From NCBI GenBank assembly GCA_013239625.1, contig MU053352.1, forward strand, positions 629,079-693,078: a stretch of DNA of 64,000 nucleotides, given 5' to 3'. This stretch comes from Lama guanicoe. Taxonomy: Eukaryota. Below, piece after piece: positions 51,991 to 64,000 of the stretch. The notes under the pieces were generated by a model. That model worked only from the letters and a program-made list of their open reading frames with translations, did not search any database and was not told the DNA's origin. The position numbers and the translations under genes were made by a program. The first letter of the stretch is position 1, and each line of letters begins with the position of its first letter.

Positions 51991-53762
51991 CCCCTCTGCC
52001 ATGAGGTCTCGCAGAACACGCACACACGGAAGGTGTAACTGCATCTTTATATTCCCCACAGAGCTATGCACTCAGCTGGTACTCGCCTTACTTGCTGAAT
52101 GAATGAGTCACAACTTCCCTTTCTGAATGAGCATCGTTCCTTGAAGGCATTGTAGGTGAGACATCAGAACTGTGTATGAGGAAATCCAAAACAGGACATG
52201 CTTAGTTTGATCCTGGTAAGATCAGATTCTTCCCACAAGTGTGAAAATAAGGAGGCACTTGTATCTATCATCGCTGTGAATAACACAGGCTAACACTCTG
52301 CTCAGTCTTTTAATGAATTCTCATTTAATCTTTACAACCTGCCTTTGAGGTAAACACTGCTGTACCATCTTTAGCATCCCTGGGAGGTCAGATTAAGGCT
52401 CACAGTAGTTAGGTCACTTGCCCACAGTCACAGGGCCAGTAGGAAGCAAAGTTCTCAACTCCCAAGCCAATGTGCTTAAGCACCTCAGTGATTTGTTCAT
52501 GTGTTTGTCTCCTCAAGTCCTGACGCAGGTTCCAGGAGCCTTATTCAGCACAGGGCTAGACACCTCAAGAGCACCTCATAAGTATGTGTGGGGTGATGAA
52601 TGTGATGCCCAGGAGTACTTAGAACTGTGCAACTCAATATAAGTCAATGTAGCCAAATGAAGTTGTAGAAAATCAGTATTCTAAAAGAACAAGATATTCT
52701 TCAATGATGCTTTTCAGAACTGGAAATGTTACATAACTGTTTTAGAATAGTTTTTTTTTCTTATGTATTGCCCAAAACAAATGAAACAAATGGAAAAAAC
52801 CCCAAAAGATAAGGGATATACAACCAAAAAAAGGTTGAGGTTTTCTCAAACTGGTGCCAACTTGTATTAGACAATGCCAGTCTCAGAGAGGATTAATTAT
52901 TCATTGAACTGTCTTGCTCACTCTAGTTAGACACCTCCTGGAGTCACATGCATGTTTGTCAATAAACGATGGGAATTTGCCAATTTCAATTCAAACCAAT
53001 GTAACTGGATAAAAGTGTATTAACGAAAGATTGTCAGACTGGACATATCCTAGTTAAGGGCTGTGAATTTAGTAAAGTACAACGAAAGGAACAATCTGGA
53101 GTCAGAGGACCTAGTCTAACACTCTGCTCTGCCACTCAACTAAGCCAGGGCCCTCACCCACAAATGGGGTAATTGTGCCTGTCCTTCCTTTGTTATCAGA
53201 AAAGTTTTCAAAGTGACAGTTTTGCTTTTGTTTTCACACAGTCAGTAAATCTTTATTCAATTCAGTTTCTATAGAATCTCATTAATATAAATTTTACCCG
53301 AGGTTGAGCTAAAGACCTCTGAAGTACTCTAAAGGTAGAGTATAAAAAGAAAATGAGTAAGGTCGACGAGATTTAACCAATTATGGAGAAAACTTTCTAA
53401 GAATTTCAATAATATCAGCATATACTTGACAAAAACAATGATCTCGCTTCTCCTTTCAATAGAAGGCCCCACGGAGGACCACCAGGAGAGCATGCATAAG
53501 ACAGACCAACCATGGCTATAAACAATAAAACCAAAATGGCATTGTTTTAAATAATCTGTAATATTGACTTTTACAAATCAGGCTTGTGCCCCAAGCCACC
53601 TCCATTAATTGTGCTTATTGTCAGTGCAGTCTGGGAAACATTTAGAGAATGTCAAGAACAAGACACAACAGTAAAAATAAATCAGACTCGGTTCTGGTTC
53701 CGGCCCTCAAGAAGTCCATGTCCTTGTCAGAATTTAACTGTTATTTTTTAAAAAGCGCCTCA

Positions 53763-53896
53763 GCGGGGACGGTATAGCTCTAGTGGTAGAGCTCATGCTT
53801 AGCATGCAGGAGATTCTGGGTTCAATCCCCAGTACCTCCATTAAAAAAATAAATAAATAGACGTAATTAGCCCCCCCAAATAAAATAAGTAAAATT
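53763..53896 (+). mobile_element. tRNA-Ala-derived camelid SINE
   Basis: Head with A/B-box-like motifs; TSD AAAAG(C/T)GCCTCA at 53751-53762 and 53897-53908. Confidence 0.9.
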
Positions 53897-54392
53897 AAAA
53901 GTGCCTCACACTGAGAAATTCCTCTGCAGAGATAGTAGTGTTAATTAAAAAAAAAAAGAAAGAAATTCTCCTGGGCTTTTGCCTAGGAGGCACTTTCGCA
54001 TTCAGACAGCTATCCATCTTTAAAATCCCAGCCATGTTACAGCAAAAGGCACTTCTGAGAGGCAACTGGGGGTGTGGATATTAAACAGCCAGGAGCTAGA
54101 GAGATGACCACAGGAGTCAACCTGGCGACTGGTCCCAGGACAGCCAGCCAGCCTCCCAGAGGCTACTTTCACAGAAGCAGACACGGCCGCTTCTGATCTG
54201 TGTGTGTCCTTAGGCCAGCTGGGTTGGGTGACAAGGACACCACTACCCAGTGGTGCTTTGCTCCCACTACTCAATGAAATGAAGAGATGGACCCATGCCA
54301 TCCCCAATGGGTTGCATCCACGAGGGCCAAGTCTGAGAATCTTAGGCCAGAAGCTACTTGGTGGCTTTTCTCTACTTTAAAAACTACATTTC

Positions 54393-55490
54393 TGGCGATA
54401 AGTTTTCAGGTATGACTCCAAAGGCACAGGCAATAAAGTAAAAAATAAACAAAGAGACTTCATGAGAATTTAAAAGTGGTATGCATCAACAGACACAATC
54501 AACAGAGTACAAAGGCAACTCAGAGAATGGGAGAAAATATCCATCAATCATATACGTGAGGGATCAATATCCAGAATATATAGAGAATTCCTAAAATTCA
54601 ACAAGAAAATGGACAATCCGATTCAAAAACGGGCAAAGGACTTGAATAGACATTTCTCCAAAGAAGATATGGCCAATAACAACATGAAAAGATGCTCAAT
54701 ATCATTAATCATTAGGGAATGCAAATCAAAACTATGAGATATCACCTCATACCCATTAGGATGGCTACTATCAAAAAACAAACAAACCCAGAAAATAACA
54801 AGTGTTGGTGAAACAGTGGAAAAACTGGAACCCTTGTGCACTTTTGGTGGGAATGTAAAATGGTACAGCTGCTGTGGAAAACAGCATGGCAGTTCCTCAA
54901 AAATTTAACAATAGAATTACCTATGATCCAGCAATTCCACTTCTGGTTATATACCCCAAAGAACTGAAAGTGGGTCTTAAAGAGATATTAGTACACCATT
55001 GTTCATATCTGCATTATTCACAATAACTAAAGCAGAGGAGCAACCCAAGCGTCCGTCAATAAATAAATGGATAAGCAAAATGTGGTATATAAATACAACG
55101 GAGTATTATTCAGCCTTAAAAAGGAAAGAAATTCTGACACATGCTACAACACGGATGGATCTTGAGGACACCATGCTAAGAGGAATCAGCCAGCCACAAA
55201 AAGACAAAATACTATAGGAGTCCACTTACACGGGGTATTTAGAGTAGTCAGAATCATAGAGACAAAGTACAACTGTGGCTGCCAGTGGCTGGGGGAAGGA
55301 GCGAATGCGGAGTTACTATTTAATGAGTACAGGGTTTCAGTTTTGCAAAATGAGAAGAGTTCTGGAGACGGATGGTGACGGTTGCACAACACAAACATAC
55401 TTAATACCACTGAAGTGCACATCTAAAATGGTTAAGATAGTAAATTTTATGTTATGAGTATCATACCACAATAAAAAAAATTGAAAAATA
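54393..55490 (+). mobile_element. 5'-truncated L1 (L1MA/MB-type): ORF2 3' end, 3'UTR and A tail
   Basis: GAATAGACATTTCTCCAAAGAAGATAT and ATCCAGCAATTCCACTTCTGG hallmarks; degraded ORF2-like peptide. Confidence 0.9.
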
Positions 55491-55519
55491 AATCCCTACA
55501 TTTTCACAAAGGGTTATTT

Positions 55520-55785
55520 ATTATATGATTCCCACACAGGAAATATCTACAGGAGGCACATTCACAGAGATAGAAAGTGGATCAGAGGTTACCAGGAGTT
55601 AGGGTGAGAGGAGAACAGGCTGTTATTTCTTAATGGGTGCAGAGTTTCTGTTTGGGGTGATGAAAAAGTTTTGGAAACAGAGATGATGTTTGCACAACAC
55701 CGTGAATGTACTTACTGCCACTGAGTTGTATGCTTAAAAATGGTTAAAATGGTAAATTCTGTCATGTGTATTTTTACCACAGTAA
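55520..55785 (+). mobile_element. Second L1M 3'UTR fragment
   Basis: Similar to the 3'UTR of the preceding L1. Confidence 0.7.
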
Positions 55786-56719
55786 GAGTTTTCAACCTGT
55801 GCTCCCTATTAAAAAAAACAAACTAGATTTCCACCCACTAAGAACATGCTGAGTGTTATAAACATTACATCTATACCTTAAGACTTCCTGGCTTATTGAC
55901 TTATTGGATAAGGGAACAGTTAAGTAATGTATTAGAAGTCAAGCTTACAGAAGAGGCTGGCAAAAACACAGAGACATCAACATAACAATGTTAATAGGAA
56001 AAAGCAAGCTATAAGAACTATGTACAGTGAATGGTTTCAACCATTAAAAATGTTACCTGCTGGGGGGAAACAAGAAAGAAATAAAGCAATTGCAGTAAAG
56101 GCTCTTGTTAGATACTGGAGCTAGAGATGACTGGGGAGGATGTGTGTATGTGTGTGTGGGGGGGTGCTTTTCTGTATTTCCCAAAATGTCTAATATGAGC
56201 ATCAATTACCTTCACAATTAGAAGCATTGGGGTGTGTGTGTGTGTTGAAGACAGTCTACATAGAGCCGAATGCTCTGGGGCCGAGAAAGGCGTGGGTGCA
56301 CTGGTAGCTCTGCCTGACAGGCAGCGGCCCACGGCTCTCACAGTCCTGAGTGTTGCAAACCACCCGCCTCCTCGACTCCCTGCCTGTGACCAGACAAGCA
56401 CAAAAGGAGCTCCCAAGTGACAGGCTCCTCTAGTGGTCTCATCACATCGTGGATGATGCTGGTGCACCCCTTTCACTGGACACAGCCACCCCAGCTCTGC
56501 ATGGTCAGCAGTGGTCGGGGCTGAACCAATCTTTGAATGGTCAGCAGTTGCAAATGGACAAGTCGGTCTGCACTTCAACAGGTCCAAATCCAACTCCATT
56601 CAGGTCAGGGAGTTACTGGCATTGCCTCAGATCCTGCAGGTCAGCTCACTCCGAATAACTTCAAGGGGTTTCAGGGAATCTTCAAACTCTTCTAATATTT
56701 ACATGTAAAATCGTATATG

Positions 56720-57885
56720 TTGACAAATAACTCAGTGACAAAATGGGCAAAGGATCTGAACAGACATTTCGCCAAAGAACATACACAGATGCCTGATATG
56801 CACATGAAAAGATGTTCCACATCATCATCATTAGTGAAATTCAAATAAAAACTACAATGAAATTCACACCCACCAGAGTGGAAATAACAGCAACAATAAT
56901 AAAGACAATAGCAAGTGTGGAAGAGGATGTGGAGAAAATGCAGCCCTCTTATACTGCTAATGAAAAAGTAAAATGGTGTAGCTGCTGTGGAAAACAGTTT
57001 GGCAGGTCCTCAAAAAATTAAGCAGAGTTGCCATATGAGCCAGCAATTCCACTTTTAGGTATACACACCTAAGAGGGTTGAGAATATGTTCAAACAAAAA
57101 TTTGTACAGGAATGTTCACAGCAGCATAACAACTAAAAGGCAGAAACAACTTAAATGTCAATCAACTGACAAATGGATAAATGAAACACGGTTTGCCCAT
57201 ACAGCGGAACATTATTCAGCCATAAAAAGGAATGAAGTACTGATACACCTGACAACATGGATGAACCCTGAAAACTATGCTTCATGAAAGAAGCCAGACA
57301 CAAAAGGCCACATATCATGTAGTTAGTGGTTGCCGGGAGATGGGAAGAGGGGAGAAGAGGGAGAAACTGCTAACGTGTACCGGGCTTCTTCCTGGCATGA
57401 TGACAATGTTCTGGAATTAAGATAGTGGCGATGGTTGCATAACCTTGCAAACATACTAAAAACCACTGAACAGTATACTTTAAAATGGTGAATTTTATGA
57501 TATGTGAATTCTATCAAAAAAAGATTTGAGGGATCTCCTACAAAATAATTGGCCAGTTCTCATCAAAAGTTTAGTCATGAAAGACAAAAACGACTGAGGA
57601 ACTGCCTCAAATTGAAAGAAACTAAGGAAACCTGGTACTAAATGCAAAGTGGGAAAGTGGACTGGATCCCGGAACAGAAAAAGGACATAGTGGGACAAAT
57701 GGCAAAACCTGAATAAAGCCCATAGATTAGTTAGCAGTACTATATTATTATTAAATTATTTAGATAATTTTATTATGGTTACATAAATGTTAACATTAGG
57801 GAAAGTTGGGTAAAGAGGATACAGGAAGTTTGTATATTATTTTTGGAAGTCTCAAAGTATATAAAAATAAGAAGTAAAAAAAAAA
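56720..57885 (+). mobile_element. L1M fragments (ORF2 end plus 3'UTR pieces, probably two elements)
   Basis: AATGGGCAAAGGATCTGAACAGACATTT, CAGCAATTCCACTTTTAGG, CCATAAAAAGGAATGAAGTACTG. Confidence 0.85.
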
Positions 57886-57900
57886 TGTACACAGAGCAGG

Positions 57901-58210
57901 TTAGGGGTAGGCAAATTTTTTTCTGAATAGCACCATGTAGTAAATATTTCAGATTTTGTGAACCATATGGTCTTTGGGGCAATTACTCAACTCTGCTGCC
58001 AAAGACAGTATGTAAATTAAAAGACGTGGCTGTGTTCCAATAAAATCTTATTTATGGAAACTGGAATTCGATTTCCCTATAATCTTTGCATATCACAAAA
58101 TACTATTGTTCTTTGGATTTTTCCCCACCATTTAAAAATGTAAAACCCATTCCCAGCTCACAGGCAGTGGGGTCAGATTTGGCTGACAGGTCATAGACTG
58201 CAGGCTCCTC
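57901..58210 (+). mobile_element. MER58B-like DNA transposon
   Basis: Same motifs as the 851-1180 copy. Confidence 0.7.
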
Positions 58211-60279
58211 CTATAGGTCAGAATCTGTCAGTATGCTTCAATTCCAAAAAAAAAAAGAGGAGCTACACATCAATTAAGTTTGGCAACACTAGGTTAAACA
58301 AGGTTATGCATATTTCTTTATTGCAGGACATCTCAGTGCCTTTAATATGGTAGTATAAACTGAGAAGCTCCAAGAAGGGATAATGATATGCAGCTTTTTT
58401 CAAACTTATTTTTATCACAGAACATTTTTTTTAGAGGCAGCTCTTCAGACTAGTGGCCTGAAGAATACATTATGGAAATGCGGGTTTAAGTATTTTTTTA
58501 AAAGGAAAATTTCAGATTGAGAAGTTTTAAAGACACTACTAAATTAAAATCATTTTACTCAGCACCTGGATAATATCTGAATAAGCATTTCACAACTTTT
58601 ACAAAAAATTCTAGGAAACACAAACAAGGCAGGAAGGTAAACAGAGGTAGGAAGTCTTGGCTCAAACTCAACATTTTTTTGGCAGGGGGATGTCAGCAGA
58701 ATTGGGACATAATATGGAACCTCTGCTCCATAGGGCAACATAAACATTCTAACAGGTTTTGAAAAAGTGATCTGCTTGGAGTTTTGTAAATCACAAAATA
58801 AGGAGCTTTGATGTTTAACTAGAAAACTAAAGATATGCTAGAAGCATTAAATGCAGATTACATGTGAGGATGAACTAGCAAGTCAAGTCCATCAGAGGAC
58901 TGGTTTTTAAGTGTGGATGGAAGGTTAGCCAACAGATTGCAAAAATTCTCTTGGCAGACACAACCTCTATACAACACACTGCTGGAGAGAGGATTAAAAA
59001 GGGATTTATGTCCTGGGGCTGGGGGGGTGGGGGTGGCTGGTGGCATGAACAACCTCAAGGGGTTCCTTTTGACCCAGACTCTTCAATTCTGTGAGTCCAA
59101 AGAGTTCACTGGCTGCTTCTGATCAGATACAAAATCTTCGGAGGCATTTCCAAGTGTTTCTAAGAAAATAAGCTACAAACGGATGGAGTTGGGACCCTGC
59201 TTAGTTATTCATTCAACAAACACTTAAGGATCCCTTCCTTATCAGATGGGCCATTCCAAAGTCCTAGAACAGAAGGATGGTACTTAGGACAACCAGGAAG
59301 AGATTACATAAGTTCAGATACACTGGCCTCACTTCTAGGAGATGCAGGCCGAGGGGATGGAGATGTCAAGAAAAGAGGACAGAAAAAAAAAAAAAGTCAG
59401 CACCAAAAAGACTCAAAGTAACTACTCAGAAATGGGCACTTTCAAGTTGAAAAGGACTTCGATTTAATACCTTAATAGCTCCTACGACTGGGAGTTCACT
59501 ATCTTAGGAGGCAATCCATTCCACTGCTATCTGACCAACATTAGGTTCTTATATTCAATCAAAATCTTCTCTTCCTACAGAATCCACCTATTGGTTCTAG
59601 TTTCTGCCTCTTTCAACCACAAAGATGAGGTAGAAGCCCTCTTCACCATAACAATGTTTTCAGTTTTTAATGACAGTTCCTTTCCATTGCTCTCTTTTCT
59701 GGGCTAAACACCTGCACCCTCCTCCTCCCTTTTTTCTCTCTCAAATATCCTGAACAAGTTCCAGCTGCCTCAAAGCAAAGAATGGCCATCTAGTACTCAT
59801 AACAGGAAAGCACTTAAGATCAGTGATATTCAAACAACAATATGCAAAAGGACACCTGAGGAATACGTTCAAAATCTGGTTCCGACCTCGATTTTGAATC
59901 AGAGGTCTTATTTGAGCCCTGCATTGTAAAGTACGCACCCAAGGACATTTTAAAGCAGAGGTTGTGAGGCTCATTTAGAGAAACACTGCCCTGTTTTACA
60001 AATAAGGAAACCGAGGCCCGACACAGGCAAAGGACTTGGCCCAGAATGCACAACTGGCTGTCGGCGGCAGTCTCCAATCCGAGTCTCTTACTCCCAAACC
60101 CAACTCTGTTCACCACGCTTCCGGGCCTCAACCTCTCCACTCGGGGCAAACTCATTAAAAGGACCTCCACATGAGAGAGGCAGACTCGAGTGGGAATCAG
60201 AAAGAGTGTCAGAGTGAGTCCCTGCCTGGAAAGCAGAGCTTGTGGGAGCCTTTTCCCGTCTCGGGGCCTCAGTTTCCCC

Positions 60280-60800
60280 AAACTGTAATCTCTGGACGGA
60301 AGACCACAACACCAGCCTCAACTCCCTTCTGGGACGGAGGAGCGGAGGGCAGAGCCGGCTTGTTGTCTCTGCGCCCCTGGGCTCAAGTATCGCAGTCCGT
60401 AGGCCCGGTGAAGGCGGAACCTGGTCCCCCACCCGAGTACCTCAACCTTGACGGCCCCTAGCTACCGCCCCCAACCCCTCATGTACCTGCCTCTGCTCAG
60501 CTAACGCCGCCGAGGCCGCCCCAGCCTGTCCGTCCGTCGGCAGCCCAACCAGTCCCGCCACACGGTCAGCTTGTCCGACCAGACCTCGGACCCCTCCTAC
60601 GCGGACTCTGGTCAGCTGACGCAGAGCCGCCGCTCGCCGAGGAACTTCCGGCCACAACCGGAAAAGGTTGGTCCGCCGCGCTGTTCTCCGGCCCAGATAC
60701 TGGGCTCTAAGGTTCCGCCTGCTGGCAGGAAGCGAAAAAACACAGGAGCCGTTTCGCAGCTTTCGGAAAGCCTAGGTCCGGGCAGGGAAAGGACCAGACA
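60280..60800 (-). promoter_or_regulatory. RNF185 CpG-island promoter with ETS/GABP motif (CCGGAAGT on minus, 60644-60651) and further GGAA cores
   Basis: High CpG density, no evident TATA box, ETS motif next to exon 1. Confidence 0.8.
60487..60650 (-). other. RNF185: RNF185 exon 1 (non-coding 5'UTR); 5' boundary approximate
   Basis: Inside a CpG island; donor GCAG|GTACAT at 60487/60486; no ATG in the exon on the minus strand; TSS inferred near the ETS motif at 60644-60651. Confidence 0.7.
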
Positions 60801-60810
60801 AGTTTGGGAC

Positions 60811-61744
60811 ATTTTTGTTGCACCAGAATGTGAGGATGATGAGAATCAGGATGATGGGACTATGTCAAAGGACACAGGAGCTAACTTGAAGAAGATCCCA
60901 CTGGCCAAATCGGGGCAATTGGAGCATCAGAATACATAATGATAACAATAGAGTATAACTAACTGGATAAAATGGTAACCCTTGAGTCTTTATTGATGTA
61001 AAGAAGAGATAAATAAATAGGGGAGAAGGGAAATTCTTCCTTCTATTAGATTGCCAATTAACAAATATGATGGAATTAGAAAATCAATAGAGTGGTAAAA
61101 CTACAGGAACAATGTTTACACAGTAAAGGGTCTCCCATAAATTACATACTGATTACAAAGGGAAAAGAGTCGTTTTACAGAGGTATTACCTCGCAGAACA
61201 AGGGAATCAAAATGATCAAAGTTAACATCACCAGTTATAGGCCAGGTAAAATAATGTGCCTCCTAGTAACATGTGCTGAGAAAGACACATCTCTCCTGTG
61301 GTATTGCTGTCAAAAATACACCCTCCCCAAGGGAAAAAAATGCATAACCCATATAATATCTCATGAGGAAGGATGACATATATCCAAATCCAGGACATTG
61401 TCAATATCCTGAAAGACAGAGAAAGGCTGAGGAACTGTTTTGATTTAAAGATGATTAAAGAGGCATGACAGCAAAATGTGGTGTGCGATTCTAAATTAGA
61501 TCCTAGACTAGGAGGAGAGGAGACAGAATAGGTGTAATGGACAATATTAGGACAAGTGACAAAATTTGAATATGCATTGTGGATGAGCTGTTTATAGTTC
61601 TTGTATCAATGTTAAAATCTCTACATTTGATCATTGTATTGTGGTTATGTTAAGAGAACATCCTTCTTGTTAGGAAATATCCCCTGAAGTAGGGATAAAC
61701 GGGCACAATGTCTCCAACTTAATTTTAAATGATTCAGAAGAAAA

Positions 61745-61781
<37 letters not shown>

Positions 61782-61876
61782 ATTAAACGAATGAAGCAAA
61801 ATGTAAACAAATGGTGAATCTAGGTGAAGGGCATATGGGAGTTCCTTAAATAATTTTTGCAACTTTAAGTTTGAAA
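60811..61876 (+). mobile_element. Old L1 (L1MC/MD/ME-type) 3' region just upstream of the RNF185 promoter
   Basis: AT-rich with L1M 3'UTR motifs (GAAAGGCTGAGGAACTGTT; AATGGTGAATCTAGGTGAAGGG). Confidence 0.7.
61748..61776. repeat. (AT)14 microsatellite
   Basis: Read directly. Confidence 0.95.
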
Positions 61877-62341
61877 TGCCAGCTAAGGAAGATTTCTTGC
61901 CACTCGGTTCTATGAGGATTGAATTACTAGCCACTGCAGTTGCTGACCTTCACCACATCACAAAGGGAGTTCAGGGCGGAGATTAGGAATGAGGCATTCT
62001 GTGCTCTGGGAAAACAGGCCTTCGGATAGTTAGATTTTCAGAAGAAAATTTTAGGAACCCAATTTCTTGCATCTTCCCATACTTAGAAAGACACTAAAAT
62101 TGTTAACTGAGATACATGTTCCTTGTGACAAGCAGCAACCTTCTACTGAGATGTGTGCTTGATTGCACATACCCCTTCTCCAAAATCACATATATACCTG
62201 CCTCCCCTCTGCCCACCTCTTTGACCAGTTCCTCAGAACTCTCTAACAGCCTGTGTCCCCCAGGGCTATAGTCCTCAGTAAGTTCCCAAATAAAACTGAA
62301 ACTCACAGCTCTCACATCATGCATTTTTATTTCAGTCGACA
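61877..62341 (+). mobile_element. Solo ERV1-type LTR (465 bp; MER41-group-like, tentative) inserted in an L1 3' end
   Basis: TG...CA termini, 4-bp TSD GAAA (61873-61876 and 62342-62345), TATA-like TATATA near 62191, AATAAA at 62289-62294. Confidence 0.8.
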
Positions 62342-63057
62342 GAAATGATACAAAAATTAAAATTCACCCCCCAAATGAGGGGAGTATCTGGGTCCTAGCC
62401 AATTTACTTATTTACCTATCAAACATTTATTTATGTGCTAGGCCCTGGTGATGCAGTGAGAAACAAGACCCCATCTTTGCTTTCTTGCCATGGAACCACA
62501 AAACTAATGGGCTACTTAGTTTGATACTACTAATAGCCAGCAGTACTGACCTTACCCACGCACACTCCACACACTGTTTCTTTTGTTCCTCACAGCAGCC
62601 TTATGAACGGTTTTGTTGATGATCTCCATTTTACAAATGGGTAGAGTAAAACTTTTGAAAGTTTACGTAATTTAATCATTTAATAAAAAGTTTTCAGATC
62701 GCATGCTGATAGGTGGTGGAGCTGCAATTTACACCCAGGGGTTATTTCTCTGGAGATCTTAACACCCATCTTCATTGTTTCATTAATTCAACAAGCATCT
62801 ATTAAGTGCCTACAATGATCCCAGGGACTGTCTTAGGGGTTGGGTCTGAGTAAGGGGTGAAGGTAGTAGAGGAAATGAACTCATACATGAAATCCCTCGT
62901 CTGCCAGCCTTCTCCTCAGGTTCCCGTGGACAGGGAGTGACACAGAGGAGTTTCTAGTCTCACAAACCTAGATTCGAGTCCAGGCTCTAAGATAGAAAAG
63001 CAGCCCCTGATATCCAGGAGCTGACCTGACCCTCACAGGGAGGCCTTGGTGTTCTTC

Positions 63058-63531
63058 TGTTGAGCATAAAAATGTCACAGAACATCAACCTCAGACAAGA
63101 CCACTCTGTGACTGATGGGTCAGGACATTAACAAGACCTCCCGGTAATCACTCTGAACCAGACAAAACAAGAGCATTGTCCAAACCACAAAGATGACCAA
63201 GCATTTCCCTACCCTGGCTCACATCTATGTGATCTCTAGATCGCTCCTGCTTCACCAGTTACGGCTTTCATCTCAGTCTAGGCTTCCTTCCTCCTGGATA
63301 AGATTTATCAACAGACTCGATCATCATCAACAGCTTCCGATCCAGATGAAAACCCTGACTCCTTAAATCTTTCCCCAAATTACCTCACACAAGCAGAATC
63401 CTAAATGTCCTTTCTAAGACGAATGAGATGTCCCCTCATTCCCCATAGTTCACATCCCACCCTTCACTGTAACAAGTCAACTTGTTCAATCACGTGTGTG
63501 TTCCTCGTGGTCTTTGATTGGAAGGCATTGA
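63058..63531 (+). mobile_element. Old ERV1 solo LTR (MER31/MER67-group-like)
   Basis: Recalled similarity (AACCACAAAGATGACCAA; GTGTTCCT..GGTCTTTG..GGCATTGA end). Confidence 0.55.
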
Positions 63532-64000
63532 AAGTGCCTGTGCTCACTGCCTACATTGACTTTAGATAGCAGTTTGACCTCCAGAAGCCTGTTTCCTCAT
63601 CTGTTGAAATGGAAAGATTTATTCCAGAAGGTGGACGTGAGGATATGGAACAGGCTTAGCACTGAGTGAGCTCTGGGTGTACTTTAAAAAATTCCTGCTT
63701 GAGCTACTACCTCCTTTGGAAAGTCACAGAGCACCGTTATTACGAAAAGATATTGAAGCCATCAGCTTCAGTTAAGACAAACTTGCTGATTATATTCTCC
63801 TTTGTTCTTTTCTTGGGTTCAGGAGGCCAATTGAAGGCGAGAGTTCAACTTTTCCTTTGTCAGAAATGAGGTCATTCTCATGGTCTCGTCTGGAACGCAT
63901 TCCTAAAACTTTAAATGTTCAGGAACCAGCAATGTTTATTTCTTCATGTTCCTGCTATTAAAAATGTTCCCAAGAAATAACAGAATTGGAACTACCATAC

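Noticed and set aside
53377..53386. Perfect CArG box CCAATTATGG
   Set aside because: Isolated in AT-rich intronic sequence far from either promoter; expected by chance
53763..53840. tRNA-Ala(AGC)-like genes (also at 3344, 14373 and 33180)
   Set aside because: Each has mismatched stems and a SINE tail, most with TSDs; these are SINEs, not functional tRNAs

Overview
Mammalian genomic DNA, very probably from a camelid (five tRNA-Ala-derived vic-1-type SINEs), syntenic with the human 22q12 RNF185-LIMK2 region. Two genes lie head-to-tail on the minus strand. RNF185 is complete: non-coding exon 1 in a CpG island near 60.5-60.65 kb, six coding exons of 176+19+113+55+118+98 = 579 nt (192 aa plus stop, all GT-AG) and a ~2.3 kb 3'UTR ending near 30350. 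LIMK2 is present only at its 5' end: CpG-island promoter, 16-nt coding part of exon 1, 100-nt exon 2, and intron 2 running off the left edge. The rest is intron or intergenic DNA rich in MIR, L2, L1, DNA-transposon and LTR remnants, and almost all other ORFs in the track are noise. I cannot demonstrate a new biological system from sequence alone. The best leads are: (1) a TSD-flanked, polyadenylated orphan retrocopy carrying an LTR fragment in RNF185 intron 3; (2) phase-compatible RNF185 exon 6 to LIMK2 exon 2 read-through splicing that would give a RING-LIM-kinase chimera; (3) the apparent MIR3928 ortholog with a non-pairing 3' arm; (4) a solo ERV LTR with interferon-like motifs upstream of RNF185; (5) an unusual 3' splice-site layout at the 19-nt RING microexon. 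Repeat family names and human comparisons are from recall, not from database searches.
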